64,000 bases of DNA. It comes from Sphyrna mokarran. Its lineage: Eukaryota. The stretch spans positions 53,630,001 through 53,694,000 of the forward strand of contig JAGIQG010000008.1 in the NCBI GenBank assembly GCA_024679065.1, given 5' to 3'. Shown here one piece after another: positions 1-12,700 of this stretch. The notes under the pieces were generated by a model. It saw nothing but the letters and a program-made list of their open reading frames with translations. It searched no databases and was not told the origin of the DNA. A program made the position numbers and the translations under genes. Position 1 is the stretch's first letter, and every line of letters starts with the position of its first letter.

Positions 1-664
1 ACTGGAACACCTTCAATTCTTTGTAACGATCCTATGTTCCAGAGATGTAAAATCACATAAAGTCCTCTTCTCTTTGTAGAGATCAAATTGTGAAATGTGA
101 GAGAGCAAAATTGGATTCTGCCCTAATGGTCTCTTGATCTTTGCTCCCTCTCTCTGATGATGCTGCCAATGGCTGTGGAATTATAACTGGATAAAGGTAA
201 GCAGCTTTAGGTTCGGACAGTGCGTGACAACTAGACAATGTTAGGACACAGCACTGGCTTTAAACTCTCCATGGGTTTTTAGACTGGGTTTAGCTAAGAT
301 TGGGGAAATTGTTTTCCAAGTCTGAACTTGTGTCAGAGTTTGAGTTGTATCTGATTTTATTCTTTAACTTCCCCACTTCCTGACTCAGCAAAATATTCTA
401 CTTTGCAAACCTAATTGTTTCAGGCAGCTATGCCTATTTCAGGTCACTTACAAACCTCTTCATTCTCCAATATTTTGTTATTTTCTCCAAAAGAATCCTC
501 CAAGTCAATCTTTGGTGCACACAATGAGCAGCTACATCAAGTAGATCAAGAGGTTTCTGTATATGATCCCATTCCATGCTAGAATAGACTCCCAGATATT
601 ATGGCACACAAGTGAATCATAAAATATTCAGAATGAAAATGAAAATGAGGAGTTTGTTCATTAC

Positions 665-787
665 CTGAACAATTCTTTCCATCTCCAGTATATCCAGCCT
701 TACACACACATTGGAAAGAGCCGGGGCTGTTAAAACAGGAGGCTGAGCTGTGACAGTCGTGGCTTCCACTTTGACATTCATTCATAT
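665..787 (-). CDS. EGF type A exon 1 (calcium-binding EGF)
   Basis: 123 nt, AG/GT, DMNEC...GDGKNCS. Confidence 0.9.
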
Positions 788-3700
788 CTGAAGTTGAAAA
801 GAAAAGAAGAGAGTTCATTAGATGGTCTGCAACTGTTTCAATCTTAAATATTCAACAAACCCAGATTAAGGCTTCAACCACACAACCACCCCCTCCTGGT
901 CTGGTTTGGAACTTGACAGAATCTCCAGTCCTGTATGGAAACAGTAACTTCAGTTCATTCCCCAATGGATTCAATGATTCCCATCACACACCTGTACAGA
1001 CAGATCCATTCCAGGTGTAGCCAGTCACACAGGAGCATCTGAAGCTTCCATTCACCTGGGTGCAGGAGGCATTGGGTCCACACGGATTGTTCATACACAC
1101 ATCAATAACTGCAGTTAATGTGAAAATATAGGTGGTTTAGACAAACATAGCTGAATAATAGCATAAAAAATGTGTCCACATCAAAGCCTCTAATTTTCTA
1201 CAGATTCCCTGGGCTCAGGCACAATCAAAACAAGAGAATGTTTTGTCATATTTGTAACGGAGCACTTGGAATTCTGTATTGGAGATTGTACATAGAGCAA
1301 GTATCACAATGATCCCATGAGGAAATTGAATAAAGTTGAGTACTTAGGAGAAGACATTGTATTTGCTCAATGAAGATTGAACGTTGGGCCAATTTTTAAC
1401 CATTGGTTAAAATGAACTTATTGCTGAGCTTCCCAACATACTAATTGGTAAAAGTGTTTACTTTGTATCTGGAATCAAATTTGAGTCAATCACAAATGTT
1501 TCAGATATTGGACAAATTTCCTCATTCCTAAAAATTAAAGAATTATCTCGAAAGGGATCTTCCCAGTGAGTCAGACAGTTGGCAGGTACGTCATGACTGA
1601 CAAGGATGTTTCTGAATGTGATTCCCATAACAATCCTGAACAGACACCCAAACGTTGGGGTACAAATTAAAAAGAGATGGAAATGGGATGATTTACGACT
1701 GGGAAGATTCAATATCTTTTACCTGAACAGTTCCTTCCATCACCAGTATATCCAGCCTTACACACACATTGGAAAGAGCCGGGGCTGTTGAAACAGGAGG
1801 CTGAACTATGACAGTTGTGGCTTCCACTTTGACATTCATTCACATCTGAAGTTGAGAAGAAAAGAGTTCACTGAAGGATCTCCAAATTTTTCAATCCGAA
1901 AGTTTCTACATGCCCAAATTTAGGCTTGAAGAACATGACTCTTGAAGAACAATCAGAGTGCCCACTTTTGACAGGCTCAGCCATTTTGTGGCTCTACATT
2001 TTCTAGTCAGCAGCTTGTGACACAAAGAAATAAACTTTAAACTCTACTATTGTTGGATTTTCACTCCTCCCTTGAAGAGAATTGTGTGTGGCAGTGGAAT
2101 GATTGTCCGGATAATTAACAGTCAGACAGGTTGTAATGCAAATACTCCCTCCAAGGTCATAATTATTTCAAATCAGCAGTTACTGCTGCTGTGAAAATTT
2201 CCATCCCAATGTCCACCTCATCTGCGCTTAGTGTCAATAACTCCCATGTGAGGGAATCTAGGATTCCAAGGTACTGGGAAAAGGAAGTAAGAAAATTTCC
2301 ACCTTATTGAAACCATTCTGGTTGCAGCTCAATACCATGTAGATATCGTCCAACCCCTCATCCAGCAAGTCCATCTCTTAATATTGATACGAAGTATCAG
2401 TGGGATGTTTCACTGGGAGGAGAATTATAATGGCTGCAATTTTCCAGCTGTTCATGCTGACAGGATTCTCTGGTCCCAGGATTGTAAATGGAGATTTGCC
2501 TGAGAGTCAAATTCTCTGACCTCGCTTATGGTGATGGTGGGGCAAGAATGGCTGGGAAATTCTGGCCAACCTGGTTACTAAATTTTTTAAAACACTTTTC
2601 AAAGATGAAGCGAACTTCAGAACATACATCTTAATCCCACCCCTGTCCCGTTCTGCCCTGGTTCCTTAGAGAGAATTATGTGTGGCAGTGGAATAATTGT
2701 CAGGCTGATTAACAGTTGGACAGGTTGTGATGTGAACGCTCCCTCCAATGTCATAGCGATTTAAATCAGTAGTTACTACTGCAGTGAAGACTTCCATCCC
2801 GATGTCCATCTCATTCGCACTGTTTCAACGTGTGGGAATCCAATACATTGGGAAAAGCAGAAATTTCCCCATCCTTAGACATTGCTGGGTACAATTTGTA
2901 GAGACCTTCAACGTCCACCGCCCCATCCCACCACATTGAGTCACTTTCTATGTCTTAGCCCCGTCAGTGGCAGCAGGATGTCTCATTGTGAGGGAAATCA
3001 TAGCATGACGGTAAACTTATCAATCCTTTGCCCAATGGCAAAACAAACTACAGAACACATGTTTTAATCCCATCCCTGTCCTGGTCTGGTTTGGAACTTG
3101 ACAGAGTCTCCAAATCTGTAAGGAAGCAGTTCATTCCCCAATGGGTTCAATGATTCCCATCACACACCTGTACAGACAGATCCATTCCAGGTGTAGCCAG
3201 TCACACAGGAGCATCTGAAGCTTCCATTCACCTGGGTACAGATGGCATTGGGGCCACACAGATTATTCATACACACGTCAATAACTGCAGAGAGGGAAAT
3301 GAAAGAGATGGTTTAAGTACTACGCGGCTGAAGAAGATTGCCTCAGTTCAGAAGAGGAATCATATATAGAAATGGCGCAGCACCTAGGTGGGGTGATGCA
3401 CTTAATTACAAGATGGCGACATTAACCTGGTTACCTGTCAGTTACATGAAGCAGTTTTCAATCTTTCAGAGTGATGGGTTTGAAACACTCTGTTCCCTTT
3501 GGACAATTTTATTACTCAGGGTTACTGCCTCAGGAAAGGTTCCATTTTCTGTCATGCAAATGATTTTGAGGCAGCTTTCGAACACCTCTCAATATGTTAA
3601 AATGAAGAATGTTTTAATTCTATTTCTTCAAATAGATGGTTCAGATAGTTTGTAGCTGCATCATATACACCAGGAAACTAATAGTATTGATTTAATCGTA

Positions 3701-6700
3701 ATCTGACATCTTGCAATTTGATCACAATGATTATAAAAGAATAGGAAATGAAAATATGTGTCAATGGGAATATTCAGTGTCAGTTACCAGTACAATTCCT
3801 TCCATCTCCAGTATATCCAGCCTTACACACACATTGGAAAGAGCCGGGGCTGTTGAAACAGGAGGCTGAGCGGTGACAGTCGTGGCTTCCACTTTGACAT
3901 TCATTCACATCTGAAGTTGGAAAGAAAGGAAGAGTTCATTGGAGGATCCTGAGCTTTGACAACATTAAACTCTCTACATGCACCCAGATTTAGGTTTGAA
4001 TCACATGATTCTAGAAGAACAATTATCTATAATATCCAGAAGTAGTGAGCAATAGGATCACAGAGTGCCCACTTCTGACAGGCTGTGCTATTTGGACAGA
4101 TTCAAAATTAGTTAAATGATTATTCTCAGATCTTCACTCCTCTCTTGGAGAGAATTGTGTACGGCAGTGGAATGATTTTCAGTTGGACAGGTTGTGATGT
4201 GAATACTCCCTCCAAGGTCATAACTACTTAAATCAGCAGGTACTACTGCAGTGAAGACCTTCATCCCAGTGTCCACCTCAGTGTGCAGACTTAAACATTT
4301 CCATGTGTGGGAATCCAGGATTCTGAGGCACTGGGAAAAGAAGGTAAGGAGCTATCCCTCTCCCCAGATAATGCGGGGTGCCAATCAACAACTTGTGGAG
4401 ACCTCATCCAATGTGTCAATGATCATGTCATAGATCCAACAGGAATTATCAGTGGGATGTCTCATTATGAGGGAAATCACAGTCTGGTGTAAAACTTATC
4501 AATCCTTTTTTCAATGGCAAAGCAGACTACAGAACAGATGCTTTGATCCCACCCCTGTCTTGGAAGTTGACAAAATCGCCAGTCCTGTATGGAAGAAGTA
4601 CCTTCGGTTCATTCCCCAATGGGTTCAATGATTCCCATACACACCTGTACAGACAGATCCATTCCAGGTGTAGCCAGTCACACAGGAGCATTTGAAGCTT
4701 CCATTCACCTGGGTACAGGAGGCATTGGGTCCACATGGATTGTTCACACACAGATCAATAACTGCAGACAGGAAAAGAGTTGGTTTAGACAAAGTCACAG
4801 TGCTGGTCTTTTACATCCTAAAAATATGTAACTGGTGAATTTTCATTCCCCTGGATATTTTACCACTTTTCTTTCTTGGTCTGTGGAATTTGCTGATCAC
4901 TGGAACATCTACAATTCCCTGTAATGATCTTATGTTTCAGAGCCGTAAAATCGCAAAGTCGCCATCTCATCATAGAGGTCAAATTGTGAAATGTGCGAGA
5001 GCAAAATTGGACTCTTCTACAATGGTATCTTGATCATTACTCCTTCTCACTGTTGACGTTGCCATTGGCCGTGGAACTATAACTGGGTGAAGATAAGCAG
5101 CTTTAGTTTGGACAAAGTGAGACAGTTGGACAATGTTAAGACATAGCACTGGCCTTAAACTCTCCATGTATTTTTACATTGGACTTAGCTAAGTTGGGGA
5201 AATTATTTTCCAAGTTTGAACTTGTATCAGAGTTTGAGTTGTATCTGATTTTATCCTTTAGCTTCCCCACTTCCTTACTCAGCAAAACATTTTACTTGAC
5301 AAGCCTAATCGTTTTCGAGGCAGCTGATAAACCTCTTCACTCCCCAACATTTTATTACTGTCGCCAAAGAAATCCTCCAAGTCAATCGTTTGGTGAACAC
5401 AGTGAGCAGCTACATCAAATAGACCAAGAGGTTTCTGCGTACGAACCCATTCCATGCTAGAATAAACCCCCAGACATTACGGCATACAAATTAATAATAA
5501 AGTATTCAGAACGAAGAAGAAAATGAAGATTTTTTTCCCTAGCCGACTCAGTAACAGTTACCTGTACAGTTCCTTCCATCTCCAGTATATCCAGCCTTAC
5601 ACACACATTGGAAAGAGCCGGGGTTGTTGAAACAGGAGGCTGAGCTGTGACAGTCGTGGCTTCCACTTTGACATTCATTCACATCTGAAGTAGAGAAGAA
5701 AAGAGAAGACTTCATTGGAGGACTTTCAACTGTTTCAATCTTAAATACTCCAACAAATCCAGATTTAGGCTTCAACCACATGACCATTCCCGCATGGTCT
5801 AGTTTTGAATTTGTCAAAATTTCCGGTCCTGTACAGAAGCAGTAATTTCAGTTCATTCCCCAATGGGTTCAATAATTCCCATCACACAGCTGTACAGAAA
5901 GATCCATTCCAGGTGTGGCCAATCATACAGGAGCATCTGAAGCTTCCATTCACCTGGGTACAGATGGCATTGGATCCACACGGATTGTTCATACACACGT
6001 CAATAACTGCAGCTATAGTGAAAATATAGGTGGTTTAGACAAACATAGCTGAATAATAGCACAAATAATGTGTTCACTTCAAAATGTCCAATTTTCTACA
6101 GATTCCCTGGGCTCAGGCGCAACCAAAACAGGAGAATGTTCACTACGTTCTGTGACGGAGCATTTGAAATTCTACATTCGGGAGCAATTATCACAATGCT
6201 CCCATGAGGAAACTGAATAAAGTTGAGCACCTTGGGAGAGGACAATGTATTTGCTCAATGAGGATTGAACATTGGGCCAATTTTTAACCATTGGTTAAAA
6301 TGAACTTATTGCTGAGCTTTCCAACATACTAATTGGTAAAAGTGTTTACTTTGTATCTGAAATCAATTTTGAGACAAACACAAATATTTCAGAAATTAGA
6401 TACATTTCTTCATTCCTAAACATTTAAGAATTATCACTAAAGGGATCTTCCCAGTGACTTTGTTAGCTCAGACAGTCAGCAGGTATGTTATATAGACAAA
6501 GATGTTTCTGAATGTGATTCCTATTCCAGTCCAGAGCAGACACCCAAATATTGTGGGTACAAATTCAAAAGAGATGGAAATGTGATGATTTGTCACTAGG
6601 AAGATTCAATATCTTTTACCTGAACAGTTTCTTCCATCACCAATATATCCAGCCTTACACACACATTGGAAAGAGCCGGGGCTATTGAAACAGGAGGCTG

Positions 6701-9700
6701 AGCTGTGACAGTCGTGGCTTCCACTTTGACATTCATTCACATCTGAAGTTGAGAAGAAAGGAAGAGGTCATTGAGGGATCTCCAGCTTTTTCAATCTTCA
6801 ACTTTCTACATGCCCAAATTTAGGCTTGAAGAACACGTCTCTTGGAGAACAATTGGAGTGCCCACGTCTGACATGCTCAGCCCTTTTGTGGTTCTACATT
6901 TTCTAGTCAGTAGCTGGTGACACAAATAAATAAACTTTAAACTCTTTATTGTTGGATTTTCATTCCTCCCTTGAAGAGAATTGTGTGTGGCAGTGGAATG
7001 ATAGTCAAGCTGATTAACAGTCAGACAGATTGTGATGTGAATGCTCCTTCCAAGGTCATAACTATTTCAATCAGTAGCTCCTGCTGCACTGTAGACTTCC
7101 ATCCCAATGTCCACCTCATTTAACTCAGTGTCAATCACTCCCATGTGTGGGAATCCAGTATTCCAAGGCACTGGGAAAAGGAAGTAAGAAAATTTTTATC
7201 TGAAAATGATTTTACACTGAAGTCATCTTATTCATGTTGTGTTTAAACAACTACATTCATTTTATACCCACAGTTATTGATGTGTGTGTGAACAATCCGT
7301 GTGGACCCAATGCCTCCTGTATCCAGCAAATTTTCTCCCTGCTGAGACCATGCTGGGTGCAGTGCAACACTGTGTAGAAACTGTCCAACCCCTCACCCAG
7401 TGAGTCAGTGTCTGCCTCTTAGCATTATCAGGAAGTATCAGTGAGATGTTTCATTGGGAGGGGAAGCATAATGGCTGCAATGTTCCAGCCATTCGTGCCG
7501 ATGGGATTCTATGGTCCCAGGGCTGTACAATGGAGATGTGCTGAGTCAGATTCTCTGTTCTCGCTTGCAGTGGTGGTGGGGCAAGAACAGCTGGGAAATT
7601 CTGGGCAACCTGGTTACTAAACATAATAAATCATTTCTTCAAAGATGAAGCAAATTTCAGAATGTACACCTTAATCCTACTCCTGATCTGGTTTGGAACT
7701 TGACAAAATCTCCAGTCCTGTATGATAGCAGTAAATTCAGTTCATTCCCCAATGGGTTCAATGATTCCCATCACACACCTGTACAGACAGATCCATTCCA
7801 GGTGTAGCCAGTCACACAGGAACATCTGAAGCTTCCATCTCAGTGATACTTCCTGTCAATGTTAAGAGACGGACACTGACTCACTGGATGAGGGGCTGGA
7901 CAGTATCTGCATAGTGTTGGACTGCACCCAGCATGGTCTCAGCAGGGAGAAAATTTGCTGGGTACAGGAGATACTGAGTCCAAAAGGATTGTTCACACAC
8001 ACATCAATAACTGTGTGTATAAAATGAATGTAATTGTTTACATAATAAGATCACTTCAATGTGGAATCATTTTCAGATAAAGAGAACAGCTTTAAGTGAG
8101 GTAGATGCAGTCAATTAAATGAAAAGGAAACTTTAACCTGAATGCCTTTCAGATACATGGAACATTTTCAACCCTTCAGAATGAGATGTGGAATACACAC
8201 AGTTATCTCCCTGCTATTTCTCTTTGATCAGAATTCAGTTAATGTTCCATTTTCTATCCAATGACACATTGAGCAGTGAAATCTTTTCAATCACCATACA
8301 CCTCTCAGCATGTTACAATTCAGAATGCTAAAATGACTGCTTCTGAAATCCCAGCGGGTCCCGCTGTATATGGTTGGATCATCCAGACCAGGAATTGTCA
8401 ACATGTGCCTGGAATAAACTCTGAGAACTTTCAGTTTCCTCAAAAAGAAACAAAAGAAATTAAAATGGAAAAATTTAACTCCAAATAGATTCAGTATCAG
8501 TTACCTGTACAATTCCTTCCATCTCCAGTATATCCAGCCTTACACACACATTGGAAAGAGCCGGGGCTGTTGAAACAGGAGGCTGAGCTGTGACAGTCGT
8601 GGCTTCCACTTTGACATTCATTCACATCTGAAGTTGCAAAGAAAGAAAGAGTTTATTAGAGAATCGCAGCTTTGTCAATATTAAATTATCTACCATTACA
8701 TCTAGATTTAGTCTTGAATAACATGAATCTTGGAGAACAATCAGTGCCCACTAATGGCAACCTTTGCCATTTGGTGGATTTACATTTCTTGTCAGTAGCT
8801 TGTGAAACTAATAAATAAAGTTTAAATTCTATTATTGTTCTAACTTCACTCTTCCTTGGTGAGAATTATGTGTGACAATGGAATGATTTTCAGGATGATT
8901 AACAGGTTCTGATGTGAATGCTCCCTCCAAGCTACTGCTGCAGTGAAGACTTCCATCCCATTGCCCACTCATTTACATTGTTTCAATATGTGGGAATCTG
9001 ATATATTGGGAAAAGCAGGAAATTTCCTCTTCCCCACACATTGCTGGGTACAAGTTGTAGAGACCTTCAATGCACTCCCCCTCCTCACCACATTGAGTCA
9101 CTTTTCATGTCTTAGCCCTATCAGGGGCAGCAGGATGTCTCATTGTGAGGGAGATCACAATCTGATGCTAAATTTATCAATCCTTTGTCCAATGGCAAAA
9201 CAAAACTACAGAACACATGTTTTGATCCCACCTCTGTCCTGATCTGATTTGGAACTTGACAGAATCTCCAGTCCTGTATGGAAGCAGTAAGTTCAGTTCA
9301 ATGATTCCCATCACACACCTGTACAGACAGATCCATTCCAGGTGTAGCCAGTCACACAGGAACATCTGAAACTTCCATTCACCTGGGTACAGGAGGCATT
9401 GGGTCCACACGGATTGTTCACACACATGTCAATAACTGCAGAGAGGAAAATGAAAGAGAAGTTTTAAGCACAATGCAGCTGAATAAGATTGCCTCAGTCC
9501 AGAAAAAGAATCATATACAGATGGCACAGCACCCAGTTGGGGTGATGCACTCAATTACAAGATGGCTACCTGGTTACCTCTTAGTAACACGATGCAGTTT
9601 TTAACCTTTCAGTGTGATATTTTTGAAACACTCAGTTCCCTCTGTACAATTTTATTACTCAGGGTTACTGCCTCAGGAAAGGTTCCATTTTCTGTCAAAA

Positions 9701-12700
9701 CCACAAAAAGTGATTTTGAGGCAGCTTTTGAACACCTCCCAACATGTTAAAATGAAGAATGTTATAATTCTACTTCCCCAAAGGCCTAGATGGTCCAGAC
9801 AGTTTGCAGATGCATCATCCACACCAGGAAGATGATGGTATTGATTCAATCGTAACCTGCTATCTTGCAATTTGATCACAATGATTATAAAAGAATAGGA
9901 AATGAAAATTCGTATCACTGGGAGGATTCAGTGTCAGTTACCTGTACAATTCCTTCCATCTCCAGTATATCCAGCCTTACACACACATTGGAAAGAGCCG
10001 GGGCTGTTGAAACAGGAGGCTGAGCTGTGACAGTCGTGGCTTCCGTTTTGACATTCATTCACATCTAAAGTTGAGAAAAAAGATTCATTGGATGATCCTC
10101 TGCTTTGTCAATCTTAAACTTTATACAAACCCAGATTGAGGCTTTAAACACATAACTGTAACAAACTGTGAATTGATCCTGTATTATGTTTCAATGGGTA
10201 AAGGTTCCATGTGCTATAACATTGAACCTCACAGCATAGGAAGCTCCCGGTTTCCCTCAGTGCTCTGCACTGTGTTATTGAGCTCAATTAGGGCAACAGT
10301 TGGGTGTTAGAAATAATCTCTGCTCTCCTGGGCTGGGAGATAAAAATCATTGATCATTCTACCTCTGATTGGAGCCCAGTTACTCCTATTGGAAAGTGTG
10401 TGTCTGTAAACACAGAGTGAGGACAGGATCAGACTCACTATGGTCACACAGGGTGGGGTTTTCCAGCCATGCCCTGCCTCAAAACCAGAAAACCCCACCT
10501 AAGGTCTATGGGCCCAGCCGAAGGCTGTGTCCTGCTCACCACCATTCGTGTGTTGTGCGTAATGGTAAGATTCTGCCTACACTGATTCCGATGACCTATG
10601 AGGAATTGCTGTTTGTTTGGTGGGGTCTGTATTACTACATCATGATGTGAAGATGTCGGCGTTGGACTGGGGTAAACACAGTAAGAAGTCTCACAACACC
10701 AGGTTAAAGCCCAACAGGTTTATTTGGTAGCATTAGCTATAAGCTTTCGAAGCGCTGCTCCTTCATCAGGTGAGTAGGAGGCGTGCTCACAAACAGGGCA
10801 TATAATGACACAAACTAAATTTACAAGACAATGGTTGGAATGTGGGTTTCTCCCCCGATGCTGATAATGGTTGGAAGACTCTCATTCCAACCTTTATCTT
10901 GTAAATTGAGTTTTTATATGCCCCATTCTTGAACATGACTCTCACTCACATGATGAAGAAGCAGCATTCTGAAAGCTTGTGACTTGTGCTACCAAATAAA
11001 CATGTTGGACTTTAACCTGGTGTTGTGAGACTTCTTACTTTAACTGTTACAGCAAGGACAGAGTCAATGTTATCAATGTGTGAATACTCTGCTGAAAGGG
11101 AGGGGGCATCAGTAACCCATACTGTATATCTTCTTGGAGCAAGAAGATACATTCATTCAATTCATTCAATTCACAGATTTCAATTCATTCAGCAGGTTCT
11201 GACTGCTCTTCAACAATTCAAACCTTTATTTCAAACTTGCATCCAAAAAAAAAAGCGAAGCAATTTTGAACATGAGATGTGAGGGATTCCTCCATTTTCC
11301 AGATATATATGTTTTTCTCATCTTCCTGAGCTGGATATAATTTAATAGATAGGCACTGATAGCTTCATTAAGTTATAATGCTTCATGTATGAAGATAGCC
11401 TCTTTCAACATAACGAGTATCCATTCTTGTTAAAGCTTTCATCATCAATAAAGCAAACTCCAGAACTCAAACCCCAATCCCATCCCTGTCCCAGTCTGTT
11501 AGGAACTTAACAAAATCTCCAGTCCTGTATAGAAGCAATAACTTCAGTTCATTCCCAATGGGTTCAATGATTCCCATCACACACCTGTACAGACTGATCC
11601 ATTCCAGGTATAGCCAGTCACACAGGAGCATCTGAAACTTCCATCCTGCTGGGTACAGGAGGCATTGGGTCCACATGGATTGTTCACACACATGTCAATA
11701 ACTGCAGATAGAAAACACATGAGTTGCTTCAGAGAAGTCACAATATTTTTGAATAGAATTCATTCAGAACTGTGGTGGCAAAATTATTGTTCTTAAGGAT
11801 CAGGAAGAGACACAGGCAATAACAGGAAGAAAGCAAACCTGGTACTTTTGAGATACATCAGACATCTCTCACTTTTTCAGTGGGAGATCTGTGGAACACT
11901 CACACTTCTCTCTGTACTGATGTAGAATGTTGAGTACTTGCATTCAAAATGTTGTCTTTCAGTTTACTGAGCCTAACCCAGCTCCCTGGAACAGTCATGT
12001 TATTATGCTTTGTTGGTATAAGGCTGTGTGGCCCTTTATCTTACCTCCCATAGTCCTGGAATACCTTTCTCTTCAGCTGATTACCCAATTCTGTTAGGAG
12101 GGCATCATACGATATCTTGATTATTGCTAAACTAATCTTAATTCAAGTTCACCACTACTTGTCCCGAAATTTCACCTCTTGAAGTTTATCACTGTCTTCC
12201 TCATGATTCAGTATATTATCACATTTCACACCATCTGTGAATTCTGGCATTATTCCTTGAGCACCGTAGTGCAAGTAATGGTCTCAGTACATGACTGACT
12301 CCTAGTAAACCCTTCTATATACCTTCCTGCAATGCAAGAAACAACTGTTCATCATTACTCTTTGTTTCCTGTCACTCAACTCTATTCCCCTCAAATACAT
12401 GTCCATACATCTCACAAAAACCTCCAAGAAAACCTTTGCAAAACTGTTTTCTGCTCAAATTGATGGATTAATTTTTTATTTTCATCCCAAACACCATTGA
12501 GGGTTTGCATACTTTCCAGCATGTTATCATTCAGAATGTGATCATTTCCCCCTTCCTATTGCCCAGCTAGTTCAGACAGTGTATGGATGAGTTGTCCAAA
12601 TTAGGCAAGTGATAGGGTTTTAAAGAAACATTCTCTCAAGGATTTGTAATTTCATCCTCATGGATTCAAAGAAATGGAAATTGGAAGTGTTTCCCAGGGA

